DNA of 64,000 bases, from positions 185,751-249,750 of the forward strand of contig JAHPZE010000005.1 of assembly GCA_019058365.1 (NCBI GenBank). Direction: 5' to 3'. Below are positions 1-9,491 of this stretch, in pieces (within the stretch, counting starts at the first letter, position 1; each line of letters starts with the position of its first letter). The DNA is from Promethearchaeota archaeon. GTDB lineage: Archaea > Asgardarchaeota > Lokiarchaeia > Sigyniarchaeales > SOKP01. The position numbers and the translations under genes were made by a program. The notes beneath the pieces were generated by a model. That model ran no database searches, was not told the DNA's origin, and was given only the letters and a program-made list of their open reading frames with translations.

Positions 1-573
1 ATTTTTTATAATTGACATACTAGGAGCAGCAAAAACCATACCACCCTTGTCTTTTGTCAATGTTATTGCTTTTTCTATAGCTTTACACCCATCATCAGAA
101 GTTAAAGATGTCCAAGCGAATGCTTTAACATTCCCAAATAATTTTTCGTTAATATCTGAAGGTTCTAATAGATTATTAGCACCTTTATAAGCAAGAATAC
201 TTCGATCTTTTCCCCATGGAGTTCTTAATATTATGGATAACGCTGTTGTATCTCTCTCAGTTTGAATTACTTGAGATAGGTCTACACCCCGCTTCCTTAA
301 ATCGGTAAGACAAATTTCTGCTGAAAAATCGTTACCCATTACGCCAATATAAGCACTATTTAATCCTAGCATTGAACCATTTGCAGCAATATTAGCACCT
401 GACCCGCCTGGTACAAATCTAACACTTTTAACATTCAATTTACGAGAGTATTCAATCGCTGTATACTTTTTAATAATATCTTTATCGAATAATTCAAAAC
501 GTAATATATCGTCAATCTCAATCATAATATCTAAAGTGTTACTCCCAATCGCAATTAATTCTGGGAAATTCAT
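1..573 (-). CDS. PfkB/ribokinase-family carbohydrate kinase (5' part; runs off the window edge)
   Basis: Not in the ORF track. Manual translation from ATG at 573 gives MNFPELIAIGSNTLDI...PGGSGANIAANGSMLGLNSAYIGVMGNDFSAE, the PfkB N-terminal signature. Confidence 0.85.
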   Translation of the reverse strand, partial: MNFPELIAIGSNTLDIMIEIDDILRFELFDKDIIKKYTAIEYSRKLNVKSVRFVPGGSGANIAANGSMLGLNSAYIGVMGNDFSAEICLTDLRKRGVDLSQVIQTERDTTALSIILRTPWGKDRSILAYKGANNLLEPSDINEKLFGNVKAFAWTSLTSDDGCKAIEKAITLTKDKGGMVFAAPSMSIIKN

Positions 574-712
574 ATTTATCACTTAAAAAATACAAAATTT
601 TGATTTGTAGAATAAGTTTAAAATAGACATAAATCTTTTAATAATTTTGCTAAGAAATAATTTTTAGAAAATTTGAAGATTAGATTTATTCGTTGTTTTT
701 CATTTATTGGTA

Positions 713-1291
713 TCATGATTCTTCTTTACTTTTGCTAACAAGCTTTCCCATTTTTTTTGTCATGCGATGTGTAAGCTCTAGAAAGGCTTTTTCAACATTA
801 TCTCCACTTTTAGCTGATGTTTCAATATACAAACAGCCTTCTTTTTTAGCATATTCCTCTACTTCACTCCTATCTATTATTTGACCAATTTCTGGAATTA
901 AATCGGATTTATTCCCTATTATTACACTGGGGATATCATCAATTACTAGACTCCGCATTTCTGAAAGCCATTCTTTCATACTTGAAAATGTTTGATGTCT
1001 TGAAAGATCAAATACAACCAATGCTCCAAATGCGCCTTCGTAAAAGCTATGATGGAGAAATTTAAATTTTTCCTGACCTCCTATATCCCATATATGGAGT
1101 TTTACAAATTTTTCTGGTACGTATTCTATAGTTTTAGTTAAAAAATCAACACCAATAGTCAATTTATATTTTAAAGTAAATTCATTGTGCACGAACCTGT
1201 TTAATAGACTCGTTTTTCCTACTGCACCGGGCCCAATAATAATAACTTTGAAGCTTAAGATGGTGCTTGTTGCATTTGAGTTGTTATTCAT
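713..1291 (-). CDS. Rab-like small GTPase
   Basis: G1 GPGAVGKT, switch I TIGVDF, G3 WDIGGQE, G4 NKSD, G5 ETSAK. No C-terminal Cys prenylation motif. Confidence 0.95.
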   Translation of the reverse strand: MNNNSNATSTILSFKVIIIGPGAVGKTSLLNRFVHNEFTLKYKLTIGVDFLTKTIEYVPEKFVKLHIWDIGGQEKFKFLHHSFYEGAFGALVVFDLSRHQTFSSMKEWLSEMRSLVIDDIPSVIIGNKSDLIPEIGQIIDRSEVEEYAKKEGCLYIETSAKSGDNVEKAFLELTHRMTKKMGKLVSKSKEES

Positions 1292-1563
1292 TATATATCA
1301 CCAGTTGGTGCAGTAATAGACTAACCAAATTAATGGAACATTTCCTAGAGTGATACATTTTTAATGCTAATTTTAATTTTATATTAGATCTATAATTATT
1401 TGTTATGTTTTTAAGTTTAATCAAAAGTATATTATTTTTTTGAAAATATCGGGATATTGAATTATCATCTTTACAAATAGATATTAATTAAATACTGACA
1501 ATAGAATCAATTTTTATAAATTTTTGTTAAAAATATAAGCAAGTGAAAAACAAAAAAATAATT

Positions 1564-2199
1564 TTATTCGTCTGATTTCAGTCGATTTAACTCTTTCTCT
1601 AATTCGGCTATCTTTTGATCAGATGTACCAGAAGCGGCACTAGGTAAGGCAACTCCCATTTCTACTTGGATTTCGGCATCAATTTCCCCTAAAACGTCCT
1701 TGACATCAGTATCGGTAACTGCTGTATCGACCATTATGTCACTTATTCCATCAGTTGTGATTTCCTCGGTAACAGCAAAGTCTTCCATATCAACTCCAAT
1801 AGAGGTCATCATTTCTGTAAGTTGAGGTATAGAAAGTTGGTTCTTTAATGCGCCTAGGCTTGCTGCAATCCCTTTCATTACTTCAGCAACATCCTTTACT
1901 GCATGAGCTTGTTCCAATTTAAACACCATTCCTTCAAGGTTTGTTCTGAAAAGGTCAATTGCTCTAGCTTGTTTTTTTACTTGTAAATAGTTACGAGCAT
2001 GAAATTCTGAACCTTGCAAATCACCTTGTTTTCGAAGATTTACAGCCTTATCTCTAGCTAGTTTTGCTGACATTTCCATTTTTTTAGTCTGTCTCGTCAG
2101 ACGTTTGTTAAAAACTTTCAATTTAACTGTAGCAGTGCGGACATTATCAGTTTTTTTTCCACCAGACAGCCATTTTGAGATATCTTTTAGAAAACCCAT
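1564..2199 (-). CDS. ESCRT-III subunit, Vps2/24/46-like (Snf7 fold)
   Basis: Long helical protein with a basic N-half and acidic C-half. Amphipathic N-terminus MGFLKDISKWLSGG (likely start ATG 2199; the ORF track starts at 2271). MIM1-like C-terminus IAELEKELNRLK. Divergent from vps4. Confidence 0.9.
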   Translation of the reverse strand: MGFLKDISKWLSGGKKTDNVRTATVKLKVFNKRLTRQTKKMEMSAKLARDKAVNLRKQGDLQGSEFHARNYLQVKKQARAIDLFRTNLEGMVFKLEQAHAVKDVAEVMKGIAASLGALKNQLSIPQLTEMMTSIGVDMEDFAVTEEITTDGISDIMVDTAVTDTDVKDVLGEIDAEIQVEMGVALPSAASGTSDQKIAELEKELNRLKSDE

Positions 2200-2387
2200 C
2201 TTTATCAAATCTAATAAGTAATTATATAATATATAAATGCTATGATTGGTATTTAATTTTTTGGAGACCAATCATTATTCTCCTTAGGTTAAAGAGTAAA
2301 TTTGATATATGCTGATAAAATTATTAATATTACTAATTGTTAAATTAGATTAGCTATAAATAATAAAATTATTTTTATGAAGTTATT

Positions 2388-3605
2388 ATGTCGTCAGTTG
2401 ATTCGAAACTTTATCAATATGCTGTTCAAACGGCAAAGGAGGCAGTTGCTTTAGATAGCCAAGGAAAATTTCGTCAAGCAATAAATAAATACAATAGAGC
2501 TTCAGAAATTCTAATGCAGTTCATGAAATACAACAAAAATCCTCAGATGAGGATTTTATGTCAAAAAAATATCGAAGAATATGTTGAACGAGCAAAAATA
2601 TTAAAATCTCAACTTGGAGGAGTTAGACCTAGAGGTGCAAGACCTAGTACAAGTTCTGGTGCGGCGGGGGATGTTGATAGTGGTAAAACTGAGGTGGGTG
2701 TATCATCCGAAGAACAAGAACTCATTGATATGATATCGGGAACAATCGTTACAGAATCTCCTAATGTAAAATGGAATGATATTGCTGGATTAGAAAATGT
2801 TAAACAAGCAGTAAGAGAAGCCATAGTATTACCAATGGCAAAACCAGAATTATTTACTGGTGCGAGAAAGCCTTGGTCTGGTATATTACTATTTGGTCCT
2901 CCTGGATGCGGTAAAACATTATTAGCTAAAGCAGCTGCAACTGAATGTAACGCTACTTTTTTTAGTGCATCTTCTGCTGATTTACTAAGTAAATGGTTAG
3001 GTGAAAGTGAAAAATTAATCAGTTCTTTATTTAAAGTTGCGAGGTTAAAAGCTCCTAGTTTAATATTTATGGATGAAATTGACTCAGTAGCAACAAAACG
3101 GGGAGAGGGTTCTGAGAGTGGTGGCGAGCGAAGAGTCAAAACACAGCTATTAAGTGAAATACAAGGATTAAAATCGTCTCATGAAAAACTATTATTGGTA
3201 TTAGGGGCAACAAATCGCCCTTGGGATATCGACAATGCTATGTTAAGTAGATTTGAAAAAAGGGTGCATGTACCTCTTCCAGATTTAAAAGGTAGAGCGG
3301 GGATTTTTAAAATCCACACTGAAGGTGTAAATACAGCATTAACAGATGAAGATTTTGTAGAATTAGCAGTAAGGAGTGAAGGTTATTCTGGAAGAGATAT
3401 TGCAAATGTATGTCGCGAAGTTATAATGTTGCCTGTACGTGAGTTAGATATGAGCGGACTTTTAGAAGATTCAAATAAAGAAGTTACTGTTAGAGACATC
3501 ACATTAAAAGATTTCAAAAAAACACTTAAAAAAGTAAAACCGATGACCAATGCTGCATTATTAAGACAATATAATGCTTGGGCAGAAGAATTCGGAGAAT
3601 TTTAA
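2388..3605 (+). CDS. vps4: Vps4 AAA+ ATPase (MIT + AAA)
   Basis: N-terminal MIT three-helix domain, Walker A GPPGCGKT, pore loop SKWLGESEK, Walker B IFMDEID, SRH ATNRPWDID, and Vps4-type C-terminus WAEEFG. Confidence 0.95.
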   Translation: MSSVDSKLYQYAVQTAKEAVALDSQGKFRQAINKYNRASEILMQFMKYNKNPQMRILCQKNIEEYVERAKILKSQLGGVRPRGARPSTSSGAAGDVDSGKTEVGVSSEEQELIDMISGTIVTESPNVKWNDIAGLENVKQAVREAIVLPMAKPELFTGARKPWSGILLFGPPGCGKTLLAKAAATECNATFFSASSADLLSKWLGESEKLISSLFKVARLKAPSLIFMDEIDSVATKRGEGSESGGERRVKTQLLSEIQGLKSSHEKLLLVLGATNRPWDIDNAMLSRFEKRVHVPLPDLKGRAGIFKIHTEGVNTALTDEDFVELAVRSEGYSGRDIANVCREVIMLPVRELDMSGLLEDSNKEVTVRDITLKDFKKTLKKVKPMTNAALLRQYNAWAEEFGEF

Positions 3606-3614
3606 ACAACTAAA

Positions 3615-4517
3615 ATGATAAAGATGGAAAGACACAGAGAAGAATCAAGTGAAATACCAAAGGAAATTAAAGTAAAAGCTGAAAAAGAGCTAAAAGAATT
3701 AAGGAATGAGCTTGCTAGGTTAAGACAGTTAAAAAAAGAAAAAGAACAATTGGAAACAGAAGCAACTCAAAAACAAATCATTAAGCAAGAAGAGATTAAG
3801 ACTACAGAATTAGACTATATAGAAGACCAATTTGACAAACTTGAAGAAATTTTATCATCTAAGCGAGGTGAGATTGATAATAAAGTCTATCAACAACATG
3901 CTGATCAAATCGAAGCAGATTTGCAATCTCTTGAAGAAGAAATTATCGGAGAAAAGGGTTTAATAGAAAAAAAATTAACTGCTTATGATAATTTATTAGA
4001 TGCTTATCCTTGGCTTGAGGAGGAAAGGAAAAAGTTTATGTATACGATGCCAGACAAAAATAAAGCCAAAATGGATTATATATCTTGGAAAACAGAATGG
4101 GCAAAAGTTCTCTTTGATTATGTGAGGTTTGCTGTACTTCACATTATTTATACTAGAGAATTAATTACTCATAAACCATTTTCGAGTTTCACTCAGCGAG
4201 AGCATTACATTATAGAAATCGCTGAACAATTAATTAGTCAAAACCAAGCCAAATGGCTCTCAAAAAAGAAAGATAAATTAAGAGTCTATTGGAAAACACT
4301 TGATGTATGGTCAGATGAAATATATAATTGGGCATATGAAAATGGAAAAATCGAGCCAATTATGATATATGAATTAAGAGAAGCAAAACAAGAAGACTTT
4401 AGTTCACTTCCATTAGAAGATTTGGAAGAGATTTTTAAGATTCTAGCAAAAAACCGTAAAGCAAAAGTTATGAAATTAGAGAATGGACAAATGGCTTTTA
4501 AAATAAAATTAGAATAA
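3615..4517 (+). CDS. ESCRT-II Vps25-like protein with N-terminal coiled coil
   Basis: YWKTLDVWSDEIYNWAYENG matches the Vps25 WRxxxEWxxxIYxW motif. Tandem winged-helix C-half. Starts 9 bp after vps4. Confidence 0.8.
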   Translation: MIKMERHREESSEIPKEIKVKAEKELKELRNELARLRQLKKEKEQLETEATQKQIIKQEEIKTTELDYIEDQFDKLEEILSSKRGEIDNKVYQQHADQIEADLQSLEEEIIGEKGLIEKKLTAYDNLLDAYPWLEEERKKFMYTMPDKNKAKMDYISWKTEWAKVLFDYVRFAVLHIIYTRELITHKPFSSFTQREHYIIEIAEQLISQNQAKWLSKKKDKLRVYWKTLDVWSDEIYNWAYENGKIEPIMIYELREAKQEDFSSLPLEDLEEIFKILAKNRKAKVMKLENGQMAFKIKLE

Positions 4518-4522
4518 AATTC

Positions 4523-5236
4523 TCATATTGAGGGAAAGTACCATTGTTTCCCAGTTAAGATATTTTCCCTGAATTTAGCAATACCACTTTTTTCTAGGGA
4601 TTCTAAAGCACGGAGAGTACGATCTTGTGACCATTCCAAGCTAGCACATACATCTTCTAAAGTAAGAACACCTTTCTTTCTGGCTAAATCAACAACCTTT
4701 GCTTCATCACTCGTATATTCAATAGGAAAAAATTTTACAATGATTGCTCCTGAATCTAATTGGTTTATATCCTCAATTACCTTCGTTTTTTTCAACAATC
4801 TTAAAGATTTCTCGACATCTTTTACTTCAATATTTCCATTTAAAATTCCCGTATTTACTAATTCAAAGACTTCTGATAAGGGGATAATTCCTCCAGTTTC
4901 CTCTTTACTCATTAATACTCTTTGGTATGCTAACATTCCTAACTTTTGATGATCAATTTTCGAGAATTTTCTCAATACATCATGCTCGGTTATTTGCTCA
5001 GTAATAATTTTTGAAGAGGGAATATTATATTTATTCTGTAATTGTTTTACTTCTTTTCTTAATTCTGGTGTTAATGCTAATAAAACACCATGCTTCTTCG
5101 CTAATTCTCGCAGTTTATCTTTTGTAAATTTTTCAACAGACGCTTTTGCTTGCATATCTTTCATTTTCAGCTCAGTAGCTTTTTTTTTCATCGCTTCTTT
5201 TAGATCAATCTCATCTTCTATCTTTCGAATACCCAT
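4523..5236 (-). CDS. ESCRT-II Vps22/Vps36-like (EAP30) protein
   Basis: GGIIPLSEV, LEWSQDRTLRALESLEKSG and the terminal QWYFPS are typical of EAP30/Vps22. ESCRT gene context. Confidence 0.85.
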   Translation of the reverse strand: MGIRKIEDEIDLKEAMKKKATELKMKDMQAKASVEKFTKDKLRELAKKHGVLLALTPELRKEVKQLQNKYNIPSSKIITEQITEHDVLRKFSKIDHQKLGMLAYQRVLMSKEETGGIIPLSEVFELVNTGILNGNIEVKDVEKSLRLLKKTKVIEDINQLDSGAIIVKFFPIEYTSDEAKVVDLARKKGVLTLEDVCASLEWSQDRTLRALESLEKSGIAKFRENILTGKQWYFPSI

Positions 5237-5270
5237 TTTTAGATAACACTATTTTTTAATACCTTTATTG

Positions 5271-5299
5271 ATTAATTATAGAATCTTTCATATAATTAT
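5271..5299. repeat. Left junction (attL-like) of the integrated element
   Basis: ATTAATTATAG-AATCTTT-CATATAATTAT. Bases 5286-5299 are a perfect 14-bp inverted copy of 19228-19241. Confidence 0.7.
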
Positions 5300-5717
5300 T
5301 TCTAACTATATAATTGAACTCCTTTCTTAACCAGATCTTTTCTATAATATAATAATTTATTCTAATAATTAATTTGATTTACTTACTCTTATAATATAAT
5401 AATATTTCTTTAATTTAATTGTTATGAATTACTTTCATTAACAAGAATTTAGAAAAAAATCTTAAAATTTCTTTTTCCACTAAAAATTTGGATAAACATA
5501 AAAAACTCATTAAATATATAAACTCTTAAATTAGATATAAGAATTTCTTATTTCAAAATGAATATTAATTCTTTTGTATTTCAGCTAGATTCTAAATTTA
5601 AAACAAATTTAAAAGTATTAAATATTACTTAAATATTAGATAATTTTAAATTGTTAAGAAATTAAAAAGAATAGATGAAAATCTTTTTTATATTAAAATA
5701 TTAGAGAAGATTATATT

Positions 5718-6425
5718 ATGACATTAGTAGTTTGTTTAAAAGGGAAGGATGGTCTAGTTCTTGCTGCTGATAGTCGTGGTACAATAGGAGATCCTAGAGG
5801 CTTAACAGCAATTAATGATTCAATGATTAAACTTTTTAAACTTAGTAATTATGTAGGAGTTTTATCCTACGGTCAGGCAGAATTAGCTGCTCAATTAATA
5901 CAAGAAATTAGAAATATATTAACGCCAGAAGATCATTACATCTCTCAAATTGTAGCCAAAACAAGAAATATATTAAGAGCTAAATTTAATGAATGGTTTA
6001 AAAATATACCAATTGATAAAAGAGATAAAATTGTTGCTATAGGCTTTATTATAGCTGGTCTTGAAGATGATAATACTGTAAAAACTTATTATTTAAATAG
6101 CGTTCTTGATTTTGCTCCTCAATTAGTAGTAACTGGTATAGCACTGGGAGGCGTACCACAATATGCGACATATTTAACTCATCGACTTTTTAATCCTGAT
6201 ATGTCAATTGAAGAATTGGTGAGTTTAGCACATTATGTTATAACTGAAACAGCAACTCAAGATCCTAAAGTAGGTGGACCTGTTAAAGTAGTCAAAATAA
6301 CAATAGAAAATGGTTATGAATCATTAAGTCAATCTGATTTAGATGAAATTAAAAAAAATAATGAAAAAATTAATAAAACATTGCAACATTGTTTTTATGT
6401 GGGTGATGATAGTGAAGAAGAATAA
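5718..6425 (+). CDS. Proteasome-beta/HslV-like Ntn hydrolase
   Basis: M-T1 start TLVVCLKGKDGLVLAADSR, Lys in SMIKLF at about the Lys33 position, and DPKVGG near the C-terminus. No propeptide. Confidence 0.85.
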   Translation: MTLVVCLKGKDGLVLAADSRGTIGDPRGLTAINDSMIKLFKLSNYVGVLSYGQAELAAQLIQEIRNILTPEDHYISQIVAKTRNILRAKFNEWFKNIPIDKRDKIVAIGFIIAGLEDDNTVKTYYLNSVLDFAPQLVVTGIALGGVPQYATYLTHRLFNPDMSIEELVSLAHYVITETATQDPKVGGPVKVVKITIENGYESLSQSDLDEIKKNNEKINKTLQHCFYVGDDSEEE

Positions 6426-6576
6426 ATACGAAGAAAAGCCTGTAGTTTATAGCTATGATACATCTACTATAACACCTAATTTTTCAACTTATAATATTTG
6501 CTATTCATACCAAGAAATCTTAGAGGAACCTACAAATAAAAACATTTTACCATTCATCAAAAAGGAAAGAAAATAG
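6343..6576 (+). CDS. Small hypothetical protein overlapping the end of the Ntn hydrolase gene (true start probably later)
   Basis: ORF track only. Same strand, overlapping arrangement. Confidence 0.3.
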   Translation: MKLKKIMKKLIKHCNIVFMWVMIVKKNKYEEKPVVYSYDTSTITPNFSTYNICYSYQEILEEPTNKNILPFIKKERK

Positions 6577-6754
6577 ATTTAATCTCCTTATTTTTAATTA
6601 ATTTTTCCATAAAATTATTAATTTCACAAATTATTTCCTATATTTTTTCCCTATATTTAACCCTTTTTTATATAACAATTAATTTGGTGATTTTTCACAC
6701 TTAAAAGGGTTGATTAAATCTCTTTAATAAATAATATTTGGGATAAATCTTGAT

Positions 6755-7024
6755 TTAAAAAATATCTATTCCTCCTCCCCAATGTTTTTGATAATATCTC
6801 TTAATCACAATATATTTTTTCTTATATTCCTTATCTTTATCTTTCCATTTAAAATCTTTAGATAAATCCATTAGTACTTGATAATTATGATAAAAATCTT
6901 CTTCTGCTGTATTTGTTACAATCGCCAATATCATATTATTTATCAGTCTCTTAACTTTCTTTCTTTTACTTATACCTTTGGATAAATCTTTTACAATATC
7001 ATATCCATCTTTAATTTTACCCAT
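6755..7024 (-). CDS. Hypothetical protein
   Basis: 89-aa ORF with plausible composition and no recognised motif. Confidence 0.55.
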   Translation of the reverse strand: MGKIKDGYDIVKDLSKGISKRKKVKRLINNMILAIVTNTAEEDFYHNYQVLMDLSKDFKWKDKDKEYKKKYIVIKRYYQKHWGGGIDIF

Positions 7025-7065
7025 ATAATACTCACTTACTACTTTTTATTCTTATTATCTTTATA

Positions 7066-7847
7066 TTAGTGTTTTATAACTATGCATCTTATTATCGTAT
7101 CTCCGTCTTGGTTAAAATCTTTTACAAAGCATCTATATCTCTAATATTTCCTCCTTTATCATACACTAAGAATAGGATATTCTTCCACTTCTTAGAGTAT
7201 GGTTGTATATCAGCAGACATCTCTTCAATTATTTGCTTTATTTTATCTTTTTTATCTAGAAATTTAACCTCTATTGCTATAATTAATTTCTTTTGCGTAA
7301 AATCAGGAAAGAAAGTTTTTTCTGAAAATTCAATATTTTCTTTTTCTCTTAAAAAATCATATTCTTTAACATCCAAGAAAGTTTCTAAATAGTCTTGAAC
7401 ATCCCTTTCATTTTCAGGATCGCTTTTTACTATTTTTCTAAAATTCTTCTCAATATCTTTAATAATCTCAAAGAAATCAATTTTAACTATAGTTTTCTTT
7501 AAATCTTCGGGATTTTCTATTAATTCCTCAACTTCCTGTAAATATATTAATAATATCTGTTTTACAGTAGGGATTAACTCTATAGCCTCATCTTTTAATC
7601 CATGAGTAACTAACATGAATGGAAAGTTAGCTATAATTTGATAATTATGAAATACTTCTATTCCACATGGTCTTCTATAATAAATAGTTCCGTGTCCTAA
7701 TTTTTGCATCTCTTTTTGCAAAATTCCAGCATTTGCTTGAATATATTCGAATTCCTCTTTTGTAGCTTCCCTATTTTCAATCTTTCTTACAATATTAAGA
7801 TATATTTCGGCTCTTTCTAGACTTTTTTTTAAGTTTTTTAAGTTCAT
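7066..7847 (-). pseudogene. PD-(D/E)XK nuclease-domain protein (REase_DpnII-MboI-like) with a 1-bp frameshift near the C-terminus
   Basis: Motifs ENERDVQD, FPDF, IAIEVK and LFLVYD. The ORF stops at 7122, but adding one base at 7126-7128 continues it as FVKDFNQDGDTIIRCIVIKH* to 7066. Confidence 0.7.
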
Positions 7848-8360
7848 TGAGATAATGGTTTTTTAATTTTTTCTTACTATATTATTTTATTTTTTGTCTG
7901 TTAATTCAATCCCTAACTCGATTATTGTACTTCTTAATTTTAAAATAATCAAATAAATATTTAAATTGATTTATTAAATTATTAAATTACTAATATTATC
8001 CTTCTATGAATAAAGAAATTTCTAATTATTTCCTTTAAAACACAAATTAGCATTTATTTTTTATTAATATTTTTCCTTTCTATTTTTCAATTTTATAACC
8101 AAATATTAACATCAGATTTCACACACAAGAGGTTAAGAATTCAATAAATTAGAACTCTATTTTATTTAAAATAGAAGATAATTACTTTATTAATTAAACC
8201 ATAATAGGCGATTCAAATTAGAAATAATAGAAAAAAGAGATGTTATAGACACTTATCCTATTCATCCATTATCATTCTTTAATAAATGTTATATAGCTGG
8301 AATAGAAGTAAAGGTGCGGGATAAGACAACATTAGTAAAAGTCTGGGAATGTAAATAATA

Positions 8361-8636
8361 ATGTTAGCTGAAGTTTTAAGTATTATTACTGTTAGTGTTG
8401 TTGTAGCTCATTTGATAAAAGATTTTATAACTGATAGGCGTCAGAAGAAATTAGACCAACAAAAACTTCAATTAGAACAGAGTAAGGCAAATGTGGATAT
8501 GATAACAAAATTACCAGATATATTGGAATCCTTATTTGGTAATTCTCTTATTAAAAATCCCAAAGAATTAAAAACAAAGATTAAAGAAATTACAGAAGCA
8601 TATAAAGATTTTAAAGTAGAAGATATAAAGAAATAA
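8361..8636 (+). CDS. Small protein with an N-terminal hydrophobic helix and coiled coil
   Basis: Hydrophobic segment MLAEVLSIITVSVVVAHLI followed by a charged helix. Confidence 0.6.
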   Translation: MLAEVLSIITVSVVVAHLIKDFITDRRQKKLDQQKLQLEQSKANVDMITKLPDILESLFGNSLIKNPKELKTKIKEITEAYKDFKVEDIKK

Positions 8637-8696
8637 TTACTAATATTGAAGATTCTCACATATGTAGAATGTATAGGTAGTTCATTTTATCATTAT

Positions 8697-8900
8697 TTAT
8701 TTTTCACCATTATTGTTAAGTTTAGATTTTATGAACAATTCTAACCTTTCTCGATATGTATCAAACGTATTTAATATATCATCTATTCCAAGACATATCT
8801 CTGAATTCTCAAAGATTGGGACAGCAGATAAAGCATCTTCATCTTCTATGTATTCTCTTATTTCCAATTTTATGTCAAATTTCTTTCTGTTTGATGGCAT
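8697..8900 (-). CDS. Small hypothetical protein
   Basis: 67-aa ORF 3 bp downstream of the RHH-like gene. Confidence 0.5.
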   Translation of the reverse strand: MPSNRKKFDIKLEIREYIEDEDALSAVPIFENSEICLGIDDILNTFDTYRERLELFIKSKLNNNGEK

Positions 8901-8903
8901 TGA

Positions 8904-9086
8904 TTAATCCTCTTTCTCTTCCATAATTGGAAATAAGATTCTTCGAACATAATGGGAAACTGTTGTATCTTCTTTTTTAGCTTTCTCTTCTAACTCTTTC
9001 TTTTGTTTTTTGGTTGAAACACATGAAATTACTTTTTCCAGTCTTTCTTCATCTAATTTTTTTTTATTTACCATTTTTAATATCAT
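8904..9086 (-). CDS. Ribbon-helix-helix (CopG/MobC-like) DNA-binding protein
   Basis: Strand KVISCVS, helix TKKQKKELEEKAKK, then TVSHYVRRIL. Confidence 0.6.
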   Translation of the reverse strand: MILKMVNKKKLDEERLEKVISCVSTKKQKKELEEKAKKEDTTVSHYVRRILFPIMEEKED

Positions 9087-9491
9087 AAATTTGTTATTAA
9101 AAATTATTAAATGTTAATTAAATAATAATTTATTTTTCTATTATTTAAATGGAGTGATTTATTTAAAGATTACTGGATTTGTTCTTTATGTCAGGAAGAG
9201 TTTATGATTTCTATAGATTATATAAATTATTATTCTGAATCCATTTAAAGAATTTCAGATTATAGTATTAAGGGAATATTAAGTCATATATAGATAATTT
9301 TAGGTCAATATTTAGTTAATATTAAGTAATCTATAAAATTATAATTCCACCCAAAGAAAATCTATATATTCTTTAGCTGAAATTTAGAAATAAAGTTTCT
9401 ATTAACTTTTAATATATTAAATTATATCATATTCACTATAAAAATAATAAACATTAAATTCTTTTTTCATACAATTAAATATTTATAAAAA

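Noticed and set aside
5237-5717. tRNA gene or tRNA-derived direct-repeat att site
   Set aside because: No GC-rich cloverleaf or TTCGAATC-like T-arm at either end of the element.
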